Assembly (NCBI GenBank): GCA_041739435.1
Contig: JBGSNW010000089.1
Coordinates: forward strand, 1 to 37,828
Direction of reading: 5' to 3'
Source: Burkholderiaceae bacterium
Lineage (GTDB): Bacteria > Pseudomonadota > Gammaproteobacteria > Burkholderiales > Burkholderiaceae_C
Length of the DNA stretch: 37,828 nucleotides
A model generated the notes under the pieces. The model saw nothing but the letters and a program-made list of their open reading frames with translations, was not told the origin of the DNA and made no database searches. Shown here one piece after another: positions 9,069 through 17,542 of this stretch (the stretch's first letter is position 1; each line of letters starts with the position of its first letter). Position numbers and translations under genes: made by a program.

Positions 9069-10417
9069 TCGATTCACAAATCTCGTCTCGTGTTGCGCAG
9101 AGTGGTCAGGGCATCAGTCGAAACCGGCTGGAGGAAGCCACTTCGGCCGCTGCGGCTTCGGGGGAAAACTTCGCAAAGCGGCTCCAGGAGTCTGTGCAAC
9201 AACAGGATCAGGCGAACCGTCAAGTCGATGAGCAAAAAGCTCAGGTCGCCGCGCGCGCCAGAACATCCGACGCACGTCCAAACAATGACATGGAAGAGGG
9301 CCCCAACACACCCGCCGCAGACAACCAGGGGTCATCCGGTACCGACGCGAACAGCGCAGACGTCGCGCGCCCACCGGCACCGGAATCACCCGAATCCTCC
9401 AGGTCCAACCCCACCGATGGAAGCAGTTCTGCCGCCCCCCCCTTGCCGACGGAAGGCGACATTGCCGCCGTTGACGGCTCACTCGCCTGGACAGCCTTGT
9501 CGAAGGCAAACCCCGAGTCGCCAACCAGCCAGGTCAAATCACCATCCGTCCCGGAAGACACCAGGTCCAGGGAAGACACCGCACTCACTTCAGACAAAGA
9601 CCCGTCAGGTCCGGTTGTCGCCTTGCCGGTTCATACGCTAGCGCCACGAATTGCCACGGGCGCTGGATCGGTCGCCACGGTCGGGGGGCGACACGAAGCC
9701 GGCATCGACGAGAGTTTGCCGTTGCAGGCGAGCCGTCTCGCACAGGATGTGCGATCGCCACGGGTGGATATCGCGGGAAAACCGGCGTTGGATCCGGCCC
9801 ACCTAGGCTCGGCCGCGGCTCCGATGTGGACCGAACAATTCGCCCGCACCATCAGGCTGGGCCCAAGCCCTCTGCAGGCATCCAACGATCTGGTTTCTCC
9901 GGGCATGGCGCTGGGAGCACCTTCCGCGTCGCTGCTTCCCGCGGCCATGTCTCTCGCGCCACCCATTCCATTGAATTCAGCCCCCGGCACACCCGAATTC
10001 ACGCAGAATCTGGGCGCCGAGGTCATGATGATGGCCCGCAACGGAATCGAGAGCGCAACGCTCACCCTCAACCCGGCAGACCTCGGACCCATCCAGATTG
10101 ATCTTCAGATGATCAAAGAGGTGGCCGATGTCACATTTTCAGTCACTCACGCAATGACCCGGGATGCCATTGAGCAATCGCTACCCAAGCTGGGGGAAAT
10201 GCTCGCCTCGCAGGGCCTGAGCCTTGGCAACGCACACGTCGGCGGCGAAAACGCGTCGAACCGACAGCCCGCAGGCCAGGAAAACAGTCATGCCAACACA
10301 CCCGGCAACTGGCAGGCCACGAACAACCGCGATTCACATGCCGGACATACCGTGGATCGCAGGATCCTGCGCTCCATGGCGGCCTCTGCGCGCGGCGGCG
10401 TCGACCTCTACGCCTGA
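9065..10417 (+). CDS. fliK: flagellar hook-length control protein FliK
   Basis: ATGA overlap with fliJ. The N-terminal and central regions are Pro/Ser/Ala-rich and look disordered. The conserved C-terminal domain is ATLTLNPADLGPIQIDLQM...VTFSV...TRDAIEQSLPKLGEMLASQGLSLG. Confidence 0.85.
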   Translation: MIDSQISSRVAQSGQGISRNRLEEATSAAAASGENFAKRLQESVQQQDQANRQVDEQKAQVAARARTSDARPNNDMEEGPNTPAADNQGSSGTDANSADVARPPAPESPESSRSNPTDGSSSAAPPLPTEGDIAAVDGSLAWTALSKANPESPTSQVKSPSVPEDTRSREDTALTSDKDPSGPVVALPVHTLAPRIATGAGSVATVGGRHEAGIDESLPLQASRLAQDVRSPRVDIAGKPALDPAHLGSAAAPMWTEQFARTIRLGPSPLQASNDLVSPGMALGAPSASLLPAAMSLAPPIPLNSAPGTPEFTQNLGAEVMMMARNGIESATLTLNPADLGPIQIDLQMIKEVADVTFSVTHAMTRDAIEQSLPKLGEMLASQGLSLGNAHVGGENASNRQPAGQENSHANTPGNWQATNNRDSHAGHTVDRRILRSMAASARGGVDLYA

Positions 10418-10496
10418 TTTCCACCCGCGCAGACTGCGGATAAAGCCAGGAATCGCGGTCTTTTCCGGTCTTATGTTCAGGTGTTGACTCACCACA

Positions 10497-11168
10497 ATGA
10501 GGGCTCGTACAGGAGTTCTCATGTCCTCTGATGCACCCGCTGCGCCGCCAAAGAAATCCAAAAAGAAGTTGATCATTGCGATCGTGCTCGTGCTTGTCCT
10601 GGGCGCTGCGGGCGCTGGCGCATGGTATTTCATGTCTTTGCGCAGTGCGGCCGCACTGGCGCAACTGGATGCAGAAGGCGATTCCGCCCATCCGCCAGAA
10701 CCCAAAAAGCACGACAAATCCAAAAAACCGATTTTCCTCAATCTTGAGAATTTCACGGTCAATCTGAACGATCCAGGTGGCATGCGGCTGGCGCAGATCG
10801 GCATCACGTTGCGGGTGGACGATCCGGAGATCGATCTCGCCGTCAAGGACCAATTACCCGTGGTTCGCAACAAGATTCTCTTGCTGATTTCAGGGAAAAA
10901 AATCGAAGACCTCTTGACACTGGACGGCAAGAAGACGCTGGCCCGACAGGTGCAGGTTGCAACAGCCCAGTCCATCGGAATTGACATTCCTGACGACAGT
11001 GCCGCGGAGCCCACTCCCGCCACGCTGCCTGAAGCTGATGGGCACAGCGCAGCACCCGCCGAGAAATCCGCCACGCCTGCGGGAAATAAAGCCGCGAAAT
11101 CCCTCAAGAAAAAACCCGCGATCAACCCGATCAAGGAAGTTCTTTTCTCAACCTTCATCGTTCAATAG
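10497..11168 (+). CDS. fliL: flagellar basal body-associated protein FliL
   Basis: Lys-rich N-terminus, single TM LIIAIVLVLVLGAAGAGAWYF, core IFLNLENFTVNLND...AQIGITLRV, and tail PIKEVLFSTFIVQ. The start may be ATG 10521. Confidence 0.85.
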   Translation: MRARTGVLMSSDAPAAPPKKSKKKLIIAIVLVLVLGAAGAGAWYFMSLRSAAALAQLDAEGDSAHPPEPKKHDKSKKPIFLNLENFTVNLNDPGGMRLAQIGITLRVDDPEIDLAVKDQLPVVRNKILLLISGKKIEDLLTLDGKKTLARQVQVATAQSIGIDIPDDSAAEPTPATLPEADGHSAAPAEKSATPAGNKAAKSLKKKPAINPIKEVLFSTFIVQ

Positions 11169-11173
11169 ACCTC

Positions 11174-12178
11174 ATGGCAATCGATCAGTTTCTGTCGCAG
11201 GATGAAATTGACGCGCTGCTCGAGGGCGTCACTGGCGAGTCGCAATCGGTCTCCGAAGCCGTTCTTGACGCATCAGGCGTACGAAATTACGACCTCTCCA
11301 GCCAGGAGCGGATTGTTCGGGGACGGATGCCGACCCTTGAAATCGTTCACGAACGATTTGCGCGCAACTTCAGGATCGGCATTTTCAATTTCATGCGCCG
11401 AAGCCCTGAAATTTCTGTCGGTCCGGTGAAGGTCCAGAAATTCAGCGCCTTCCTGCGCAATGTGGTGGTTCCCACCAACATCAACGTCATGCATGTCCGG
11501 CCGCTGCGCGGCTCTGGGTTGGTCATCTGCGACCCGACGTTCGTGTTCACTGTCATCGACAACCTGTTTGGTGGCACGGGTCAATACCAGACTCGAATCG
11601 AGGGACGCGAATTCTCCCCCACGGAACAAAGAATCATCCTTCGCCTGGTGGAAGTCATCACCGCGGAATACAAAAAGGCGTGGGCCACCATCTATCCCAT
11701 CGAGCTCGAATACACGCGCTCGGAGATGCACACCCAGTTTGCCAACATTGCCACTCCTTCGGAGATCGTGGTAACGGCCACTTTTCGGGTGGAAATTGGC
11801 GAAACAGGTGGGGACATGCACATCTGCATTCCCTACTCCTGCCTGGAGCCCATCCGCGAAACGCTGTATTCACCTCTTCAGGGTGACCAGCAAGAGCCAG
11901 ACAAGCGCTGGGTGAATCTTCTGACGCAACAAATCAAGTCCGCCACGGTTTCCCTGGCCGCGGAACTCGCGCACAGCGAAGCCACGGTCGGCGAACTCAT
12001 GGCACTGAAACAAGGTGACTTCATTGAACTCGACCTCGCTCCCACCCTGGTTGCCAAGGTGGACGGAGTTCCAATTTTTGAATGCAACTATGGCACGGTG
12101 GCCGGCCACTATGGACTGCAGATCAAGGAATTCCTCACGCAGCAGGGGCTGGAGCAGGCACCTTCGCATACGCGGTAA
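11174..12178 (+). CDS. fliM: flagellar motor switch protein FliM
   Basis: The N-terminal CheY-P binding peptide LSQDEIDALLEG is present, and the 334-aa ORF has typical FliM middle and C-terminal domains. Confidence 0.95.
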   Translation: MAIDQFLSQDEIDALLEGVTGESQSVSEAVLDASGVRNYDLSSQERIVRGRMPTLEIVHERFARNFRIGIFNFMRRSPEISVGPVKVQKFSAFLRNVVVPTNINVMHVRPLRGSGLVICDPTFVFTVIDNLFGGTGQYQTRIEGREFSPTEQRIILRLVEVITAEYKKAWATIYPIELEYTRSEMHTQFANIATPSEIVVTATFRVEIGETGGDMHICIPYSCLEPIRETLYSPLQGDQQEPDKRWVNLLTQQIKSATVSLAAELAHSEATVGELMALKQGDFIELDLAPTLVAKVDGVPIFECNYGTVAGHYGLQIKEFLTQQGLEQAPSHTR

Positions 12179-12198
12179 CCCATTCTCGGAGTCACTCC

Positions 12199-12633
12199 AT
12201 GTCAGATCTCGAAAATCCTCCAGCAGCCAAAGAGCAAGATGCGCTCGCCGACGAATGGGCCGCCGCACTTGCAGAGAACACCCCCGCCGAGGAAAACCGA
12301 GCAGGCTCCGCCGAACAATCGGCAGCCGATAAATTCCCCAAACTTACCGCCAAGGGTGGTTCGGGGCAGAACGACATCGATCTTGTTCTCGACATACCGG
12401 TACAACTGACCGTTGAACTGGGACGTACACGAATCCCGATCAAGCACATTCTTCAGCTGGCGCAGGGTTCGGTCATCGAGCTCGATGCACTCGCGGGCGA
12501 GCCCATGGATGTACTGGTCAATGGATTCCTGATCGCGCAGGGCGAAGTGGTCGTTGTGAACGACAAGTTCGGCATCCGACTCACTGACATCGTGACGACC
12601 TCCGAACGGATGCGTCGCCTCACCCGGGCATAA
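12199..12633 (+). CDS. fliN: flagellar motor switch protein FliN
   Basis: First ATG after the fliM stop (MSDLENPP...). The C-terminal SpoA domain is DIDLVLDIPVQLTVELGRTRIPIKHILQLAQGSVIELD...VNGFLIAQGEVVVVNDKFGIRLTDIV. Confidence 0.9.
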   Translation: MSDLENPPAAKEQDALADEWAAALAENTPAEENRAGSAEQSAADKFPKLTAKGGSGQNDIDLVLDIPVQLTVELGRTRIPIKHILQLAQGSVIELDALAGEPMDVLVNGFLIAQGEVVVVNDKFGIRLTDIVTTSERMRRLTRA

Positions 12634-12647
12634 CCGCAGAGTCCACC

Positions 12648-12998
12648 ATGCAGTCCATGACCTGGTCCGTCCTGATGTTGATCGGTGTGATCGCGTTGAT
12701 CCCGATAGCTCTATGGTTCGTCAAGAAGCTTCAGATTCTCCGGACCGGCATGTCCAGGAATCTGGAGCTGCTTTCCCAGGTTTCCGTGGGCCAAAGAGAA
12801 CGCGTGGCCTTGATCCGAATTCACGATCGCCAGATCGCCATCGGCATCACGCCTCATCAGATCTCTCTGTTGGCGGATTTCGGAAACTCGCAACCCGGCC
12901 CATCCGGCCCGAACCCGGGATTGCCCAACGCCAAAGGGTCAAGCCTGGCGTTCTCAAAAGCACTTTCAGACGTGCGTGGCCATCATGCACAAGAATAA
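12648..12998 (+). CDS. fliO: flagellar biosynthesis protein FliO
   Basis: 116-aa ORF with a single N-terminal TM ([18 protein letters not shown]) and the motif [34 protein letters not shown]. It lies between fliN and fliP. Confidence 0.75.
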   Translation: MQSMTWSVLMLIGVIALIPIALWFVKKLQILRTGMSRNLELLSQVSVGQRERVALIRIHDRQIAIGITPHQISLLADFGNSQPGPSGPNPGLPNAKGSSLAFSKALSDVRGHHAQE

Positions 12999-13797
12999 CA
13001 ACACCGCCATGCGACAGCGCAAGACCTCGAACATGAAAATTGCCGACAAGACCGCTCTCGCGAAGGTTCTTATCGGAGTTGTGATAACCGTTGCCACTTC
13101 GATCTCGTTGGCGCAGACGGCCCCATTCAACGTCACGGCGCAACAGATTGGTGGCGCGACAACGTATTCCGTTCCCATACAGACGCTGCTGATTTTCAGC
13201 GCACTGTCGTTCATACCCGCGGCACTGCTACTGATGACCAGCTTCACGCGGATCATCATTGTGCTGAGTCTTTTGCGGCAGGCTTTGGGCCTTCAGACCA
13301 CGCCACCGAATCAGGTTCTGGTGGGCATGGCTTTATTCCTGACATTCTTTGTGATGGGACCGACGCTGGAAAAGATTCACGACGAAGCCTACAAGCCTTT
13401 CAGCGAGCAGAAAATATCCTTTGAAGAGTCGATCACGCGGGGGGCAACGCCGTTGCGGACGTTCATGCTGCGGCAGACACGTGACGCCGATCTCGCCCTT
13501 TTCTACAAAGTATCCGGCACCCCACCCCCGTCCAGGGCGGATGAAACTCCGATGCGAATCCTGATCCCCGCATTCGTCACCAGCGAACTCAAGACAGCGT
13601 TCCAGATTGGTTTCATGGTATTCATCCCGTTCATCGTCATCGACCTCATCGTCGCCAGCATACTGATGTCCATGGGCATGATGATGTTGTCCCCGGTACT
13701 CGTCGCACTGCCGTTCAAGCTGATGCTATTTGTGCTCGCCGATGGCTGGAACCTGATCATGGGATCCCTGGTTGCAAGTTTTGGGGGAGCCTCGTGA
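12976..13797 (+). CDS. fliP: flagellar type III export apparatus protein FliP
   Basis: Conserved FliP motifs are present: [27 protein letters not shown] and [36 protein letters not shown]. The start is uncertain (in-frame ATGs at 12976, 12985, 13009, 13033). Confidence 0.9.
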   Translation: MAIMHKNNNTAMRQRKTSNMKIADKTALAKVLIGVVITVATSISLAQTAPFNVTAQQIGGATTYSVPIQTLLIFSALSFIPAALLLMTSFTRIIIVLSLLRQALGLQTTPPNQVLVGMALFLTFFVMGPTLEKIHDEAYKPFSEQKISFEESITRGATPLRTFMLRQTRDADLALFYKVSGTPPPSRADETPMRILIPAFVTSELKTAFQIGFMVFIPFIVIDLIVASILMSMGMMMLSPVLVALPFKLMLFVLADGWNLIMGSLVASFGGAS

Positions 13798-14063
13798 CGC
13801 CCGAGTTTGTGATGAACTTCGGGCGCCAGGCCATGGAGCTCTTGCTGATCGTCGCGGCACCGGTGTTGTTGGTCGCGCTGATCGTTGGGCTGATGGTGAG
13901 CCTATTTCAGGCGGTGACCCAGATCAACGAAGCCACACTGTCCTTTTTGCCCAAGCTCGTGGCCATTGTTGTAGCCATGATGGTCGCCGGACCGTGGATG
14001 ATGTCAATGCTGACGGAGTATCTGCAACGCGTGATCACCTCGATCCCCACCGCGGTCGGCTGA
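13794..14063 (+). CDS. fliQ: flagellar type III export apparatus protein FliQ
   Basis: The GTG start overlaps the fliP stop (GTGA). The 89-aa ORF reads [54 protein letters not shown], typical of FliQ. Confidence 0.9.
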   Translation: MTPEFVMNFGRQAMELLLIVAAPVLLVALIVGLMVSLFQAVTQINEATLSFLPKLVAIVVAMMVAGPWMMSMLTEYLQRVITSIPTAVG

Positions 14064-14087
14064 ACATTCGCTCGCGCAGCAGTTCCA

Positions 14088-14846
14088 ATGATTGTTTTCA
14101 CCCAAGCGCAGCTGGACACCTGGCTGGCCACATTCCTTCTGCCGTTTTTCCGGATTCTGGCTCTCTTTTCGGCAGCGCCAATCCTGTCACATCGCTCATT
14201 CTCGGTGCGGGCACGCGTCGCTCTGGCAGCCCTGATTGCCATGCTCGTCGCACCGATGGTGAACATCCCCACCGGCGTCTCCCTGACCTCAAGTGCTGCG
14301 ATGAGCGTCATCGTCCAGCAAATCGTTGTGGGCCTTGCCGTGGGTTTTGCAGCGCGCCTTGTTTTCGCGGTGCTGGAAGTCGCCGGGGAGTTCATTGGCC
14401 TGCAGATGGGGTTCTCGTTCGCCGGATTTTTTGATCCCAACGGCCGGTCTGAAACCGCCATCGGCACCTGGCTACAAACCCTGGGCCTGATGCTTTTTGT
14501 GACAGCCAACGCTCATTTGGTCCTGATCGATGTGCTGGTGGGCACGTTCAGACTGTTTCCGATCTCCACCGATCCGTTCGAGTCCCTGGCGGGACTTCGA
14601 CTGGAACTGATGGGCGCTGAAGTGTTCCGGCTGGCATTGATGCTGGCCCTGCCGTTCACGGTCTTGATGCTGTTTGTGAATCTGGTATTGGGATTTGTTT
14701 CGCGCATGGCACCCCAGCTCAGCATTTTCGCGGTGGGTTTTCCCATCACATTGACCGCGGGTTTGGCGGTTCTCACCATCAGCACCACAACAATGCTCGC
14801 ACCTTTCGAGGCGTCAATACAGACTTTCCTCGCACCCTTCCGATGA
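14088..14846 (+). CDS. fliR: flagellar type III export apparatus protein FliR
   Basis: 252-aa polytopic membrane ORF following fliQ. It contains FLLPFFRILALFSAAPI and GEFIGLQMGFSFA, both FliR-like motifs. Confidence 0.9.
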   Translation: MIVFTQAQLDTWLATFLLPFFRILALFSAAPILSHRSFSVRARVALAALIAMLVAPMVNIPTGVSLTSSAAMSVIVQQIVVGLAVGFAARLVFAVLEVAGEFIGLQMGFSFAGFFDPNGRSETAIGTWLQTLGLMLFVTANAHLVLIDVLVGTFRLFPISTDPFESLAGLRLELMGAEVFRLALMLALPFTVLMLFVNLVLGFVSRMAPQLSIFAVGFPITLTAGLAVLTISTTTMLAPFEASIQTFLAPFR

Positions 14847-14867
14847 AGGAAGCGGTCAACCCTTGAA

Positions 14868-15998
14868 TCAGATCCGGTGGGTCGTCCCCGCGCCGCGCAC
14901 CAACTCCAGCACGCGACGGGCGATATCCTGAAGCGGCAGAACCTCTTCAACCGCCCCCGCCGCGATGGCCTCCCGGGGCATCCCGAAGACGACACAGCTG
15001 GCTTCATCCTGGGCAATGTTGTGTGCCCCGGCGTCGCGCATCTCCCGCATGGCAACCGTGCCATCTTTACCCATGCCGGTGAGCATGACGCCAATCGCGT
15101 TCGGGCCCACATTCACCGCGACCGAATGAAACAGCACGTCCACCGAAGGTTTGTGCCTGTTGACGGGCTCGGAGTTGTCCAGACGCGCGACATAGTTGGC
15201 GCCGCTTCGATCAATCCGCAAATGCATGCCGCCTGGCGCAATGTAGGCATGCCCAGGCAACACTCGCTCGCCATCGGTCGCTTCCTTGACGTGGATTTTG
15301 CACAGCCCGTCCAGTCGCGCGGCAAAGCTGGTTGTGAATCCTGCCGGCATGTGCTGAGTGATCACGACGGCCGGTGAATCCCCTGGCAATTTGATCAGTA
15401 CATCCTTGATTGCCTCGGTTCCTCCTGTCGACGCGCCGATGGCAATAAGCTTTTCGGTACTTGAGCGCGTCATGGGCACGTTCAGGGGCTTTGGTGTTGC
15501 GCCAGCGTTCTTTCCAACGCTCGCATTTGAACGGGGATCGAGTTCAGATGACAGCCGGTCGCGCCCGGCCAATGCGGCAGCACCCCCGCGTCGCGTGATC
15601 CTGGCCTTTGACGCCGCCCGTATCTTGTCGGCGATCTCACGTCCAGCTTCATCCAGCCCTTCCTTGAGACCCAGCTTGGGCTTCGCAACAAAATCGACCG
15701 CACCCAGTTCCAGCGCGCGCATCGTGACCTCGGCCCCTCGTTCAGTGAGCGTTGAGACCATCACGACCGGCATGGGCCGAAGGCGCATCAACTTGTCAAG
15801 GAATTCGAGCCCGTCCATTCGGGGCATTTCCACGTCCAGCGTCAAAACATCGGGATTGAGGTTGCGGATCATTTCGCGTGCGATGTAAGGATCGCCAGCG
15901 GTTCCCACGACTTCCAGGTCCGGAGTCCTGTTGATGATTTCGGTCATGACGCTGCGTACCAAAGCAGAATCATCAACCACAAGCACTCGTGTTTTCAT
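14868..15998 (-). CDS. cheB: chemotaxis response regulator protein-glutamate methylesterase CheB
   Basis: An N-terminal receiver (RVLVVDDS...[14 protein letters not shown]) is joined to a methylesterase domain with [12 protein letters not shown] and HMPAGFT motifs. Confidence 0.95.
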   Translation of the reverse strand: MKTRVLVVDDSALVRSVMTEIINRTPDLEVVGTAGDPYIAREMIRNLNPDVLTLDVEMPRMDGLEFLDKLMRLRPMPVVMVSTLTERGAEVTMRALELGAVDFVAKPKLGLKEGLDEAGREIADKIRAASKARITRRGGAAALAGRDRLSSELDPRSNASVGKNAGATPKPLNVPMTRSSTEKLIAIGASTGGTEAIKDVLIKLPGDSPAVVITQHMPAGFTTSFAARLDGLCKIHVKEATDGERVLPGHAYIAPGGMHLRIDRSGANYVARLDNSEPVNRHKPSVDVLFHSVAVNVGPNAIGVMLTGMGKDGTVAMREMRDAGAHNIAQDEASCVVFGMPREAIAAGAVEEVLPLQDIARRVLELVRGAGTTHRI

Positions 15999-16022
15999 GC
16001 GAAGACTCTTTTCAAATGCCGC

Positions 16023-16676
16023 TCAGAACAACTCGATATCACCGCCAGAAGCCTCGGTCCTGGCCTGCCGCTGGTACCGGGATTCCTCCAACTCGAACAG
16101 CTTCCCGTGGGTGGCTGGCAGCCGCTTGCAAAGAACCCGTCCCGATCTGGGAAACATGCAGACCTTCCTCGGATAGACGTCCAACACATCTTTTGCAAGG
16201 ACCGGGATCCGCTCGGCTGTCAGAAACTTCGTGACGAACTCCACATTTCGCTCGCCCACGTTCATGGTGACAAAACTTTTCATCACCTGGCCGCCGCCAA
16301 AAATTTTCGCCTCGAGCGCATTGCGACGCGCGCCACGCTTGAGGAGCTCGTTGATCAGCAACTCCATGGCGAAGGCGCCAAACCTCCCAGAGGCCGTGCC
16401 ATCCTGATCGTCCGGCAACAGAAAGTGGTTCATTCCACCGATTCCGGCGCCTTTGTCGCAGATGCAGGCAGCAACACAAGAGCCCAGCGTCGTGGTCAAC
16501 TCGATGTCGTCATCGTAAACAAAAAATTCTCCGGGCAGGATCTTGACGGCGTTGACCTGAAAGGCCGGATCAAAGAAAAAGAACGACGCCTCGTGATCGC
16601 GCCGCGGACGGCGTTTGAGATCGGCCAGATATGAAGGCGATGCCACCTTCGCGGGCTCGGCATGGAGAACTTGCAT
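16023..16676 (-). CDS. cheD: chemoreceptor glutamine deamidase CheD
   Basis: CheD motifs TLGSCVAACI and GGMNHFLLP are present. The preferred start is ATG 16676 (MQVLH...), immediately after the cheR stop (TGAGATG), rather than the track start at 16712. Confidence 0.85.
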   Translation of the reverse strand: MQVLHAEPAKVASPSYLADLKRRPRRDHEASFFFFDPAFQVNAVKILPGEFFVYDDDIELTTTLGSCVAACICDKGAGIGGMNHFLLPDDQDGTASGRFGAFAMELLINELLKRGARRNALEAKIFGGGQVMKSFVTMNVGERNVEFVTKFLTAERIPVLAKDVLDVYPRKVCMFPRSGRVLCKRLPATHGKLFELEESRYQRQARTEASGGDIELF

Positions 16677-16677
16677 C

Positions 16678-17529
16678 TCAATGCCCCAGCCGGACATACG
16701 TGGTTTTGCCACGCAGTTCGAAAAGATCTTTATGCTCGGTGAAATTTTCGGAATGCCCCACCATCAGCAAGCCTCCTGGCTTCATGGATCGATGCAGTCC
16801 CTCCAGAACCCGGCGTTGCGTGGGGCGGTCAAAATAGATCATCACGTTGCGACAGAACACGATGTCGTACGGCTCCAGCCCCCAGCTTCCAGACAGCAGG
16901 TTAAGCTGGAAAAACCGGATCATTTTTCGCAGTTCGGGACGAACGCGGACCTTCCCCTGGTTGAGACCCGTGCCTTTGAGAAAAAATTTCCTGACGCGCG
17001 CGTCTCCCAGCGCCTTGACCGAGTCGAGCGCATATGCACCGGTTTCGGCAGTCTCCAGCACATTGGTGTCAATGTCGCTGGCGTCGATGGCAACACGTGC
17101 CGATGATCCCAGCGCTTCCATTGCCGTCATCGCAAGAGAATAGGGCTCTTCACCGGTGGATGCCGCGCAGCACCAGATACGGATCGTGCCCGCGCGCGGC
17201 GCGATCTCCTGCAACCTCTCGGCAAGAATCGGGAAATGATGGGCTTCCCGGAAGAATGCGGTGAGGTTGGTGGTCAGGCAGTTGATGAACTCCTGCCATT
17301 CAGCCGTGGGGCTGGACTCCAGACGGTCCAGATAACTGGTGAACGTTTCGCAACCCGACTCGCGGAGTCGTCGCGCGAGTCGGCTGTACACCATGTTTTG
17401 TTTGCTCGCGTTGAGGTTGATTCCTGCTTTTGAATGGATCAACGCACGCACGCGGTCGAAATCCCGGGAACTGAATTCAATATCTCTTCGGGCCAGTTCG
17501 GCCACCGAATTCATTTCTGTCGGGTTCAT
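16678..17529 (-). CDS. cheR: chemotaxis protein methyltransferase CheR
   Basis: 283-aa ORF with the CheR N-terminal helical domain and the SAM-binding region IRIWCCAASTGEEPYSLAM ... DIVFCRNVMIYFD. Confidence 0.9.
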   Translation of the reverse strand: MNPTEMNSVAELARRDIEFSSRDFDRVRALIHSKAGINLNASKQNMVYSRLARRLRESGCETFTSYLDRLESSPTAEWQEFINCLTTNLTAFFREAHHFPILAERLQEIAPRAGTIRIWCCAASTGEEPYSLAMTAMEALGSSARVAIDASDIDTNVLETAETGAYALDSVKALGDARVRKFFLKGTGLNQGKVRVRPELRKMIRFFQLNLLSGSWGLEPYDIVFCRNVMIYFDRPTQRRVLEGLHRSMKPGGLLMVGHSENFTEHKDLFELRGKTTYVRLGH

Positions 17530-17542
17530 GAGGAAGTTCCAG

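Noticed and set aside
10436-10443. GCGGATAA (7 of 8 matches to the sigma-28 -10 box) in the fliK-fliL intergenic region.
   Set aside because: The 8-mer at the -35 position (ATTTCCAC) does not resemble TAAAGTTT, so it is too weak to call a promoter.
12325-12332. Exact sigma-28 -10 consensus GCCGATAA inside fliN.
   Set aside because: No TAAA-type -35 box at the required 11-nt spacing (the upstream 8-mer is CTCCGCCG), and it lies within coding sequence. Judged a chance match.
13772-14434. 220-aa plus-strand ORF across fliQ/fliR in another frame. Similar ORFs are at 10143-10853, 10334-11158, 14513-15112, 23130-23789, 23336-24325 and 27977-28891.
   Set aside because: They are out-of-frame or antisense overlaps of well-supported genes, with a biased Arg/Gly/Pro composition and no motifs.
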